A DNA stretch of 64,000 nucleotides, taken from Treponemataceae bacterium (GTDB lineage Bacteria > Spirochaetota > Spirochaetia > Treponematales > Rectinemataceae). The first letter of the stretch is position 1, and each line of letters opens with the position of its first letter. The translations under genes were made by a program, and so were the position numbers. The stretch spans positions 704,001 to 768,000 of the forward strand of contig CAXXVZ010000003.1 in NCBI GenBank assembly GCA_963678065.2, read 5' to 3'. Of this stretch, positions 41,187 to 50,233 are shown piece by piece. Below the pieces are notes generated by a model. That model was not told the DNA's origin. It worked only from the letters and a program-made list of their open reading frames with translations, and did no database searches.

Positions 41187-41615
41187 TCAGGCTTGTCGGA
41201 GGAATCGACGCTTTTTTACTAGATCGACGAGTCGGACCAGGGCGGCGAAGAAGGCGAGAACGCCGGCGTATCCGGCGACACGGCCGGCAGCTGCGGCGTT
41301 GAAGCCGCCGCGCTCTTTGCCTTCCCAGAGACCATTCCCGGCTGGCGGGCTGCGCGTCACGCCTGCAGCGTCCACGGCCTCCACAGACTTCTCAGTTCCC
41401 TCCGCATCTCGCTCCTGAAGCGTGAACTTCTCCCCGGAGTCCGGGAGCGCTGCGCCCGGCCGCGGTCTTTCCGGGCCTTGGGCCGAGGAGAGGCCGGTCA
41501 CGGCGCCAAAGCCCTGTGCCAGGCTTCCCCAATAACCTGTATAGACGCTGCATCCTAGCCCGATAGCGAGGACGATGGCGAGGATGGCATCTCTGGTTTT
41601 TCCCTTATTCCGCAT
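41187..41615 (-). CDS. Hypothetical membrane protein, possibly the C-terminal half of the upstream DUF4405 protein
   Basis: Two hydrophobic helices flanking a polar linker; ATG overlaps the DUF4405 stop. Confidence 0.55.
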   Translation of the reverse strand: MRNKGKTRDAILAIVLAIGLGCSVYTGYWGSLAQGFGAVTGLSSAQGPERPRPGAALPDSGEKFTLQERDAEGTEKSVEAVDAAGVTRSPPAGNGLWEGKERGGFNAAAAGRVAGYAGVLAFFAALVRLVDLVKKRRFLRQA

Positions 41616-42072
41616 CGAGGGCCCCCTTTGCATGTGCGGCGGACCTCGCGAAGCGCGCGGCGATCCAGTTCCAGTGCAAGCCGATGTGAAGGCCTGCGAC
41701 AGCCAGGATGAGGAAGGAAGCGAAGCCGTGGAGGACGCGCCAGATGAAGCCCGCGCCGCTCGGGAAAAGCCAGGAGAAATCGATAGTTTTGGCGATGGCC
41801 ATGCCGCTCAGGGTAATTGTCGAGAAACCAAGGAAGAGAAGAAGATCGAGAACATAGTTGAGACGCACCCTCGCAGGCAGAGTCCGGGAAAAGAACTTCG
41901 TCGAGACAGACTTGATCCAACTCCAATTGAGAAGCTTGTGGACGAGGAAAAGTACACAGATGGCGAGCCCTCCCCATTCATGAATGGAGAGGGGACCAAG
42001 CTTGGGCTCGAGCAGGGCCAGAAAGCCGAGGCAGATGGCGGTGTCGAGGACGACTTTGATAGCTGTTTTCAT
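41605..42072 (-). CDS. DUF4405 / cytochrome b-like membrane protein
   Basis: Several TM helices with His residues (IHEWGG, LVHKLLNW, LHGFAS, LHIGLHWNWI). Confidence 0.75.
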   Translation of the reverse strand: MKTAIKVVLDTAICLGFLALLEPKLGPLSIHEWGGLAICVLFLVHKLLNWSWIKSVSTKFFSRTLPARVRLNYVLDLLLFLGFSTITLSGMAIAKTIDFSWLFPSGAGFIWRVLHGFASFLILAVAGLHIGLHWNWIAARFARSAAHAKGALDAE

Positions 42073-42102
42073 AAAACCTCCGAGATGAGGATAAAACTAA
42101 AC

Positions 42103-42119
42103 AGCAGTTTTCGTGCCAA
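42103..42119 (-). promoter_or_regulatory. Sigma54 (-24/-12) promoter
   Basis: Minus strand TTGGCACGAAAACTGCT matches TGGCACG-N4-TTGC with one mismatch, 30 nt upstream of the DUF4405 start. Confidence 0.72.
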
Positions 42120-42371
42120 AGTCGGAAGTCAATACTAAGTCATTCAGAGGATAGAAATAATAGAATAGTGCTTGGCGATTTCATGTCGCCAGAGAATGAG
42201 AAAATTTTTCCTCCGACGGGAGGCAATTGCTCACATCGTGCGCAGTCAGTATAGGAATTTGGGGTAAAGCGAGAGGACTTGTAGCGGAAGCACGCGACCC
42301 ACGCTGCGAGGGCAGAGGCCCGCGCAGCGTGGATGCGCCCATGCTGGAACGAGGAATCAGACTCTGGGGGA

Positions 42372-43724
42372 TCAGATTCTCTTGTACGATTTGATCTTCT
42401 TCTGGATATACGAGTGCAGATCCGCGCGAGCCACGCGTTCCTGCTCCATCGTGTCGCGGTCGCGCACGGTGACGGTTCCGTCTTCCTTGGACTGATAGTC
42501 TATCGTGACGCAGAACGGGGTTCCGACTTCGTCCTGTCGGCGGTAGCGCCGTCCGATCGCTCCTGCCTGGTCATAATCGGTGGCGTAGTCTTCCTTGAGC
42601 TCCTGCCTGATCTCCTTCGCGAGTTCGGCGAGTCCGTCCTTCTTCATGAGGGGCAGGACAGCCACCGTGACGGGTGCAAGATTCGGGTGGAAGTGCAGGA
42701 CAGTGCGCCAGTCGTCGTCGGTGCCCTTGTCCGCAACTTTCTGGTCCTCGTAGGCGTCGCAGAGGACCATGAGGAGCTGACGGGTGAGGCCGGCCGAAGT
42801 CTCGATGATGTAGGGGATGTATCGCTCGTTGCCATTTTCCTGATCGATGTACTTGAGGTCCTTGCCCGAGTATTCCTGGTGGCGTCCCAGGTCGAAGTCG
42901 GTGCGGTTGTGCACGCCCTCGAGCTCCTTGAAGCCCATCGGGAACTCGTACTCGATGTCGTAGGCGTCTTTGGCGTAGTGGGCTAGCTCTCCCGGTCCGT
43001 GCTGGTGCCACCGGAGCTTGTCCATATGGACTCCGAGCTTGGCGTAATAGGCCCAGCGCTGGGCGCGCCAGTAGTCGAAGAATTTCTCGTCGTCGCCCGG
43101 CTTCACGAAGTACTGCATCTCCATCTGCTCGAACTCGCAGGTGCGGAAGATGAAGTTTTTGGTGACGATCTCGTTGCGGAAGGCCTTGCCGATCTGGGCG
43201 ATGCCGAAGGGGATCTTCATGCGGTTGGACTGGACGATGTTCTTGTAGTTGACGTAGATGCCCTGGGCGGTTTCGGGGCGGAGGTAGATGAGTCCGGAGC
43301 CGTCGTCGACGGGGCCGATGTTCGTCTTGAACATGAGGTTGAACTTGCGGGTGTCGGTCAGCTCGCCGCCGCACTCGGGGCACTCTTTTTTCGCGAGCTT
43401 GTCCTCGGGAATCAGGTCGGCGCGGAAGCGCTGCTTGCACTTCTTGCAGTCGACGAGGGGGTCGGTGAAGTTTTCGACGTGGCCGGAGGCCTCCCATGTG
43501 CGCGGGTGCATAAGGATAGCCGCGTCCAGGCCGACGATGTCGTCGTGGAGCTGGGTCATCTCCTTCCACCAGAAACGGGCTATCCGGTTTTTCAGTTCGA
43601 CGCCCATGGGGCCGTAGTCCCAGGCGCCCGCCTGTCCTCCGTAGATCTCGGAAGACTGGAAGACGAAGCCACGCCTCTTGGCCAGAGATACGATTTTTTC
43701 CATTGTGACGGTGGTGTCGGGCAT
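42372..43724 (-). CDS. glyQS: Glycine--tRNA ligase (single-subunit alpha2 type)
   Basis: YLRPETAQG, GKAFRNEI, FRTCEFEQME, RRYRRQDEVGTP. Confidence 0.96.
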   Translation of the reverse strand: MPDTTVTMEKIVSLAKRRGFVFQSSEIYGGQAGAWDYGPMGVELKNRIARFWWKEMTQLHDDIVGLDAAILMHPRTWEASGHVENFTDPLVDCKKCKQRFRADLIPEDKLAKKECPECGGELTDTRKFNLMFKTNIGPVDDGSGLIYLRPETAQGIYVNYKNIVQSNRMKIPFGIAQIGKAFRNEIVTKNFIFRTCEFEQMEMQYFVKPGDDEKFFDYWRAQRWAYYAKLGVHMDKLRWHQHGPGELAHYAKDAYDIEYEFPMGFKELEGVHNRTDFDLGRHQEYSGKDLKYIDQENGNERYIPYIIETSAGLTRQLLMVLCDAYEDQKVADKGTDDDWRTVLHFHPNLAPVTVAVLPLMKKDGLAELAKEIRQELKEDYATDYDQAGAIGRRYRRQDEVGTPFCVTIDYQSKEDGTVTVRDRDTMEQERVARADLHSYIQKKIKSYKRI

Positions 43725-43912
43725 CCGACGCTCCTTGTGTGCGGACCCTGATTTCGCCCCGCCGACGGTTACGGCAGCGCGCCGGATGGAGGCATGGCCC
43801 CCCTTCCGGTCCGTAAGGTCCGGGAGCGCCTCTCCGGTACAGTCAGACTCTGTCGCTCGAGCGTCGGAATCCGGCCGGTCCGCAGATTATAGGATGCTCA
43901 CGGCGTATGATT

Positions 43913-44293
43913 CTAGTCTTCCTGGAGACTCCCCTCAGGGCTGGCCGGCCCCGCACCCTCGCCGGCATCTGATGCGGCCCACTTGTGCGCCCAGGCCGTA
44001 ATGCCTTCCAGGACGGAGGCCAAGTCCCTTCCCTTCTCGGTGAGGGAATACCTCACATGTACAGGCATGCCGGTGCTTACTGTCCTGCCAATAATCCCGA
44101 CATCCTCGAATTCCTTCAAGCGCACGGTGAGCATCCGTGCGCTGAGGCTTGGAACCTCTCGGACGAGATCGGAGAACTGTCTGTCTCCCACGAGGAGGAT
44201 CTTTATGATCATGCCAGCCCACTTCCTGCCGAGGAGTTCGAAAGCAGCCGTGACCGTGGGACAGAGTCCTGTCTCTACCTTTTTGTTTTCCAT
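43913..44293 (-). CDS. HxlR/DUF24 family winged-helix regulator
   Basis: CP...LLGRKW, LSARMLTVRLKE, VRYSLTEKG. Confidence 0.9.
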   Translation of the reverse strand: MENKKVETGLCPTVTAAFELLGRKWAGMIIKILLVGDRQFSDLVREVPSLSARMLTVRLKEFEDVGIIGRTVSTGMPVHVRYSLTEKGRDLASVLEGITAWAHKWAASDAGEGAGPASPEGSLQED

Positions 44294-44374
44294 ATACCTA
44301 AAATACCGTTTTTCTTGACTTTCTGCAATATCGTAACTAACTTACTATTAGTAACAATCAATAAGGAGTCTTTT

Positions 44375-44998
44375 ATGAGCGAATTCAACAGGAAAGCATC
44401 GGAAGAGAAGATCGAATCAGCGGTAAAAGCGCTCGAGGGGAATGGTTTTGTAGCATTGGTGGCGGAGAACGGGGACAAAGCACGAGAGCTGGTCCTTTCC
44501 CTTGTACCCCAAGGTTCTGAAGTGTTCACAGCCTCTTCTGTGACAGTCGATTCCATCGGCCTGTCAGCAGCATTCAACGAGTCGGGAAAGTATGATGCGG
44601 TGAAACCCAAACTCTTCTCCATGGACCAGAAAACCCAAGGACGGGAAATGCGCAAGCTCGGCGCCGCCCCCGATGTGATTGTCGGCTCTGTCCACGCCCT
44701 CACGGAGACAGGAACCCTCGCCATCGCGAGTCTTACGGGCAGCCAGTTGCCCGCCTATGCCTATGGATCGGCCAAGGTAATCTATGTCGTGGGCGCGCAA
44801 AAGATAGTTCCAACCCTGGAAGAAGCTCTGAAGCGCATCGACGAACATGTCGTTCCCCTCGAGAGCGAGAGGGCGCGCAAAGCCTACGGCCTTCCTGAAG
44901 GGTTCAAATCGTTTCCTTCCAAGATCCTCGTGTTCAACCGCGAGATTCAGCCCGGCAGGGTCACCGTCGTCATCGTAAAAGAGTCGCTCGGATTCTGA
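44375..44998 (+). CDS. LUD domain (LutC/YkgG-like) protein
   Basis: ALEGNGF, GSVHALTETG, VVGAQKIV, VVIVKESLGF; AAGGAG RBS. Confidence 0.82.
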   Translation: MSEFNRKASEEKIESAVKALEGNGFVALVAENGDKARELVLSLVPQGSEVFTASSVTVDSIGLSAAFNESGKYDAVKPKLFSMDQKTQGREMRKLGAAPDVIVGSVHALTETGTLAIASLTGSQLPAYAYGSAKVIYVVGAQKIVPTLEEALKRIDEHVVPLESERARKAYGLPEGFKSFPSKILVFNREIQPGRVTVVIVKESLGF

Positions 44999-45077
44999 CG
45001 ATCACCAACTCTGCAGTTCGCTGCGGGGAATGAGACCCGCCTCCGGATCAATTCCGGGCTGCAGCCCGTCCTGCCCC

Positions 45078-45143
45078 AGGTCAGGAACAAAAAAAGGCCC
45101 GGAGGACCACAGCGTCTTCCGGGCCTTTTTTTGTTCCTGACCT
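45078..45143. terminator. Bidirectional intrinsic terminator in a 30-bp inverted repeat
   Basis: AGGTCAGGAACAAAAAAAGGCCCGGAGGAC-N6-GTCTTCCGGGCCTTTTTTTGTTCCTGACCT between convergent LUD and glnS genes. Confidence 0.85.
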
Positions 45144-45212
45144 TGCTTTCAACAAACTCTCTGCAATCGCTTCCGCTTCGGGGGCCGTGGCGATTCTCTC
45201 GCGATAAGCGGC

Positions 45213-46955
45213 TCAGCTTCCCTTCCTCTCGATCTTCGCCCATGTGTCGCGCAGCGATACGGATCGGTTGAAGACAGGCTTCCCCGCGGCGCTGTCCGGA
45301 TCGGCGACAAAATACCCAAGGCGCTCGAACTGGTATTGCCGCCCCGCAGCGGTCAAAGCGAGGCTCGGCTCGCCGAAGGCTGTGGTCACGACCTCTCGCG
45401 AAGCGGGGTTTATCGTGTCGACCCAGTCGATTCCGGCCGCAACCTCCATCGGGCGCTCCGCCGTGAAGAGGTGATCGTAGAGCCTCACTTCGATCGGGGC
45501 CGCGTGCGCAGCGGAAACCCAGTGTATGGTGCCTTTGATTTTGCGGTTGTCGGGCGCGTTGCCGCCTTTCGTCGAAGGATCGTAGCTGCACCTGACGCAG
45601 ACGACTCTGCCCGTGGCGGGATCCTTGTCGAAGCCTGTGCAGGTGACGATGTAGCCGTAGCGCAGCCGGACCGAGGAGCCCGGAAAGAGCCTGAAGTACT
45701 TGGGCGGCGGCACTTCCTGAAAATCGGCCCGCTCGATGTAAAGTCGTCCGGCGAAGGGTACGGTGCGCATACCCGCGGCGGGATCCTCGGGATTGTTGAC
45801 CGCTTCCAGATATTCCACCTGTCCTTCGGGCCAGTTCTCGATGACGAGCTCGAGGGGATCGACGACAGCCATGACGCGGTTCGCCTTCTTGTTCAGGTCT
45901 TCGCGCAGACAGTGCTCGAGGAGCTGGATATCGACGAGGCTGTCCGTCTTGGCGAGTCCTATCCGGGATAGGAAATCCCTGATCGCCGCGGGCGTGTAGC
46001 CGCGACGGCGAAGCCCTGAGAGCGTGGGCATGCGGGGGTCGTCCCAGCCCGCGACGCGTCCCTCCTGTACGAGGCGGAGGAGCCACCGCTTGGACAGAAC
46101 CGTGTGCGACAGGTTGAGGCGGGCGAACTCGATCTGCCTCGAGGGGAAGACGCCGGCCTTCCGGATGAACCACTCGTAGAGAGGGCGGTGAATCTCGTAT
46201 TCGAGGGAGCACAGGGAGTGGGTCACTCCCTCGATCGCGTCCGAAAGGGGATGCTGAAAGTCGTACATCGGGTAGATGCACCATGTGTTCCCTGTCCGGT
46301 AATGGGGCTCGCGCCTGATCCGGTACATGACGGGATCGCGCATGAGGAGATTTGGGTGGGCCATGTCGATTTTCGCGCGCAGGGTCTTTGCGCCGTCCGC
46401 GAACTCCCCCGATCTCATCCCTGCGAAAAGATTCAGATTCTCTTCGATACTGCGCTCGCGCCAAGGGCTGTTCCGTCCGGGAGGCGTGAATGTGATGTTG
46501 TTCTTGTCGGGGACATTGGTACCGCGGTACTCGCGGATGGCCTCGTCGTCGAGGTCATCCACGTAGGCGTCCCCCTGCTTTATGAGCTGGACCGCGAGTC
46601 CATACAGGGTCTCATAGTAGTCCGAGGCGTAGAACTCCCGGTCCTCCCAGTCGTATCCGAGCCACTTTATGTCGCGCTTGATGGCCTCGACATAGGACAT
46701 GTCTTCCTTCTCGGGGTTCGTGTCATCGAAGCGCAGGTTGCACTTCCCGCCGAAATCGGCGGCCACATCGAAGTCGATGCTGAAGGCCTTCGTGTGTCCG
46801 ATGTGGAGCCAGCCGTTCGGCTCCGGGGGAAAGCGCGTCCGCACTTCGGAATACCGGCCGCTCTTGAGATCCTCGACGACTGCTTCGCGGATGAAATCGG
46901 TGCCGGGGCCGTTTTTTGCTTCGCCAGAACCAGGAACCGCGGGGGAATCGCTCAC
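45213..46955 (-). CDS. glnS: Glutamine--tRNA ligase
   Basis: [39 protein letters not shown] start with AAGGAG RBS. Confidence 0.96.
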   Translation of the reverse strand: MSDSPAVPGSGEAKNGPGTDFIREAVVEDLKSGRYSEVRTRFPPEPNGWLHIGHTKAFSIDFDVAADFGGKCNLRFDDTNPEKEDMSYVEAIKRDIKWLGYDWEDREFYASDYYETLYGLAVQLIKQGDAYVDDLDDEAIREYRGTNVPDKNNITFTPPGRNSPWRERSIEENLNLFAGMRSGEFADGAKTLRAKIDMAHPNLLMRDPVMYRIRREPHYRTGNTWCIYPMYDFQHPLSDAIEGVTHSLCSLEYEIHRPLYEWFIRKAGVFPSRQIEFARLNLSHTVLSKRWLLRLVQEGRVAGWDDPRMPTLSGLRRRGYTPAAIRDFLSRIGLAKTDSLVDIQLLEHCLREDLNKKANRVMAVVDPLELVIENWPEGQVEYLEAVNNPEDPAAGMRTVPFAGRLYIERADFQEVPPPKYFRLFPGSSVRLRYGYIVTCTGFDKDPATGRVVCVRCSYDPSTKGGNAPDNRKIKGTIHWVSAAHAAPIEVRLYDHLFTAERPMEVAAGIDWVDTINPASREVVTTAFGEPSLALTAAGRQYQFERLGYFVADPDSAAGKPVFNRSVSLRDTWAKIERKGS

Positions 46956-47148
46956 TTTGTGCTCCTTTCCGCGCTTCAGGGGCGCGGTGTGAATACTATG
47001 GATGGAAGAGCCCCGAAGGGTCAAGCCGAGGGGGAGTCCGGAAAGCGCGCCACCGCGGCGGCTTCATAAAAACCACGTTTCTCTGTTCCGAGACTTGTTC
47101 GCGCAACTCAGGAGTCATATAGTAGTAAATAAACTATATGGAGGAATC

Positions 47149-48153
47149 GTGAACAAAACGAAAATCCTGATTCTCTCGCTCGCTTTGGCTCTCGTCGCTG
47201 CGGCATCCACATTCCCCTGCTCGATGGTCGTCGTGGGGAACTGCGACGAAGTCGTGACCGGCAGAACGATGGACTTCTTCATCGATATGCAGACGAAGAT
47301 ATCCCTCATCCCGGCTGGAACTTCCTTCGGCTCCGGCAGCACGAAGTACAATTTCCTCTCCTTCAACGCCTTCGGCTTTCCGCTTCCCGGGCATGGAATC
47401 AACGAGAAAGGCCTGTCGGTTTCGTATCTCTGGCTCAACCCGACATCCTATCCACAGAGTCTCGTGCCGGGAATCAACTATGTCTCCATTCTCCAATTCG
47501 CGCCCCTCGTTCTCGGCACCATGTCCAGCGTCGACGAGGTCGAGGCTTTTTTCAGGACATCCGATATCGATTTCGTCAATGTGGCGCCCGAGCTCAAGAA
47601 ACTCGATCTTCTCCACCAGCATCTCTACTTCGTCGACTCGAAGGGACACACCCTCATCGTGGAGTGGCTTGAGGGGAAACGCTACATGTACCGCGACGAG
47701 AGTCCTGTTCTCGTCAACGATCCGCCCTTCGCCGAGCAGAAAAAGATCTGGGCGAAGCAGCTCGAAACGAAATCATACATCCTGAACTATGAGTACAACC
47801 TCATCGGCGCCCAGATGCACGACGCGGATTCGCGCTACGAAATGCTCATGCGGATGACCGAGCAGAGTCTGCCGACGAAGGGTTTCGACAACATCACGAA
47901 GGCCTTCCAACTGATGAAGAGAGTAAATTACTACAGGATAAAACCGTATCTGAACGATGGCCCCGCGAGCTGGACGCTGTACACTGCGGTATTCGTCCAC
48001 ACCGCCGACGCGGTGAAGGTTTACTGGACCGATGACCTCAACGACGCGGTCCGCTGCATCGACTTCAACAAGGTTGCGTGGAGAGATGTTTCCTTCCCGA
48101 TCGAAGCCGGTCCCGGCGCCACCGACATGTCCGCAGCCGTGGCCGCATACTGA
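47149..48153 (+). CDS. Secreted Ntn-hydrolase, choloylglycine hydrolase/penicillin V acylase family
   Basis: Signal peptide then Cys (FP-CSM), GRTMDF, GINEKGL, H+D motif, LVNDPP; GGAGG RBS. Confidence 0.8.
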   Translation: MNKTKILILSLALALVAAASTFPCSMVVVGNCDEVVTGRTMDFFIDMQTKISLIPAGTSFGSGSTKYNFLSFNAFGFPLPGHGINEKGLSVSYLWLNPTSYPQSLVPGINYVSILQFAPLVLGTMSSVDEVEAFFRTSDIDFVNVAPELKKLDLLHQHLYFVDSKGHTLIVEWLEGKRYMYRDESPVLVNDPPFAEQKKIWAKQLETKSYILNYEYNLIGAQMHDADSRYEMLMRMTEQSLPTKGFDNITKAFQLMKRVNYYRIKPYLNDGPASWTLYTAVFVHTADAVKVYWTDDLNDAVRCIDFNKVAWRDVSFPIEAGPGATDMSAAVAAY

Positions 48154-48219
48154 TTCCCCTTCGGCGACGCTGCTGCGCTCTTTTTATAGAAGACACCGGG
48201 TATGAAACCCGCCTGCGAA

Positions 48220-49686
48220 TCAGGAAAGGAAAGCGCGGGCCACCTCGATGCGGGAGAGTACTTCGGCCAGGCCTATGAGGCGGATGGACTCATAGAGCGG
48301 CGGACTGACACGGGAACCCGTGACCGCGACACGGAGCGGCATCAGGAGGTCGCCCAGCTTTACGCTGCGCTGCGCGGCCTCGGCCCTGAAGGCGGCTTCC
48401 CAGGCATCGTGGCTCGACATATCGCAGTCGGCAAGGAGCGCTGCGTCGTACTCGAGCATGCGGAGAGCCGCGGCCTGGTCCATCTTTTTGGGAATGAACT
48501 CCGTGGCGGGGGCCATCGGCGCAGGGGCAAAGAGATAGGCCATCACGGCGGGCGCGTCCGCGAGGAAGTGGAGACGCTCCTTCACGATGGGCATGGCCGC
48601 GACTACGAGGGCCCTCTTCTCTGCGGGAGCGTCCAGGGGGAGAACGCCGGCGTTGGCGAGGAAGGGCGCGACGAGCAGGGCGAGTTCGGCGTCGGATTTC
48701 TGCCTGATATACTGGCCGTTGTACCACTCGAGCTTCTGATAGTCGAAGACGGCAGGCGCCTTGTTTATGTGGCCGACCGAGAAGAGCTTTCCGAACTCCT
48801 CCAGGGTGAAGATGTCTCTGCCGTCCTCGTAGCTGCAGCCGAGGTGGGCCACATAGTTGATGAGGGCCTCGGGCAGATAACCCGCCTTGCGGAACTCGTT
48901 CACACTCGTGGCGCCATGACGCTTGGAGAGCTTGTGCCCGTCCTGGCCGAGGACCATGGGCAAGTGACAGAGGACCGGCATCTCCCAGCCGAAGGCATCG
49001 TACATAATCTTGTGCATGGGGGCGGAGGGTATCCACTCCTGGGCTCGCAGGACGTGGGTGATCTTCATGAAGTGGTCGTCGACGACATTGGCGAGGTGGT
49101 AGGTCGGGAAGCCGTCTGACTTGAGGAGGACAGGATCGGGGCTCACGTCCTCGTTTTTCCACTCGATCCGTCCGAGAAGACCGTCCTCGAAGACGGTCGT
49201 CCCCTCGAGAGGAATCTTGAGCCTGATGACGTGCGGCTCGCCCGACGCCAGTTTCGCCGCGATCTCCTCCGCGCTCAGAGCCCGGCAGTGCCTGTCGTAG
49301 CCCTGTTCGCCCGACTTGGACTCGGTCTGCTCGCTGCGCACGCGGGACAGCCTCTCCTCGTCGCAGAAACAGTAGTAGGCCTTGTCCAGGGCGATAAGTT
49401 TTTCCGCGTGCACGCGGTAGAGATCGAATCGCTCCGACTGGATGTAGGGGCCAGCCGGTCCCCCGACGTCGGGCCCCTCTTCCCAGTAGAAGCCGAGCCA
49501 CTTGAAGGTATCGTAGAGATTTTTTACGTATTCGTCAGAATATCTGGTCCTGTCGGTATCCTCGAGTCTGAGGATGAAGGTTCCATTGTTGGCCTTGGCA
49601 AAGAGATAGTTGAAGAGGGCCGTTCTCACTCCACCGATATGCTGGTTTCCGGTGGGCGAAGGCGCGTAGCGGACGCGTACATCCAT
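48220..49686 (-). CDS. gltX: Glutamate--tRNA ligase
   Basis: RYAPSPTGNQHIGG, LRLEDTD, PTYHLANVVDD, KLSKR. Confidence 0.96.
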   Translation of the reverse strand: MDVRVRYAPSPTGNQHIGGVRTALFNYLFAKANNGTFILRLEDTDRTRYSDEYVKNLYDTFKWLGFYWEEGPDVGGPAGPYIQSERFDLYRVHAEKLIALDKAYYCFCDEERLSRVRSEQTESKSGEQGYDRHCRALSAEEIAAKLASGEPHVIRLKIPLEGTTVFEDGLLGRIEWKNEDVSPDPVLLKSDGFPTYHLANVVDDHFMKITHVLRAQEWIPSAPMHKIMYDAFGWEMPVLCHLPMVLGQDGHKLSKRHGATSVNEFRKAGYLPEALINYVAHLGCSYEDGRDIFTLEEFGKLFSVGHINKAPAVFDYQKLEWYNGQYIRQKSDAELALLVAPFLANAGVLPLDAPAEKRALVVAAMPIVKERLHFLADAPAVMAYLFAPAPMAPATEFIPKKMDQAAALRMLEYDAALLADCDMSSHDAWEAAFRAEAAQRSVKLGDLLMPLRVAVTGSRVSPPLYESIRLIGLAEVLSRIEVARAFLS

Positions 49687-49818
49687 GGCCGGCTCCTTGT
49701 TTTTTGGGTATCCGACGGACAGATCGAAGCTTTCCGAAGGGATCGCGGTGAATAATTATAGCGACGGCCATGAGAAGGGGTCAAGGCGACAGGAAAAGCT
49801 TCTCGGGGCCCATGCAGC

Positions 49819-50175
49819 TCAGTGCAGTCCTGCGGCAAAGGTCCTTATGAGCGCCGAGAGGAAGAGACAGGATCCTCCGAAGACCATGTAGACGGGCCAG
49901 ATGAACCAGGAGAAAGGCCGTATCCTGATATGTACGGCGAGGGAAGTGACGATTCTCGCGAGAAGGTTCACGGCAGCAGAGGCGGTGAGGATGGCCGAAG
50001 AGAAGGCCATCAGTCTGATATCGAAGGCGAGAAGGGATTCGGAGACAGGGGAAAAGCTCCCCGCGATCCAAAGCCCCAGAAGAACGAGATTGAGAAAGAA
50101 AAAAACCGTAGTGCCCCACCCGGCGAAGAGAAGGCTCCGGGCGAAGTGGGTTTCGTGATCGAACTCCTTTTCCAT
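49819..50175 (-). CDS. Hypothetical membrane protein
   Basis: Three hydrophobic helices; fills the gap upstream of gltX; start uncertain. Confidence 0.5.
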   Translation of the reverse strand: MEKEFDHETHFARSLLFAGWGTTVFFFLNLVLLGLWIAGSFSPVSESLLAFDIRLMAFSSAILTASAAVNLLARIVTSLAVHIRIRPFSWFIWPVYMVFGGSCLFLSALIRTFAAGLH

Positions 50176-50233
50176 CTGGCGCGCACTCCGACGATACGGT
50201 AGCATGAACCGGCATCGAGCGACAGGAGGATGC

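Noticed and set aside
41622..41630. -1 slippery heptamer A-AAG-GGG in the DUF4405 gene
   Set aside because: A -1 shift enters a frame that stops at 41555; the downstream ORF needs a +1 shift.
43725..43885. T-box or glycine riboswitch upstream of glyQS
   Set aside because: No GGTGGNACC T-box sequence; only fragments (GGAGA, TCAGG) of the glycine aptamer without the expected spacing. Kept as an unclassified structured leader.
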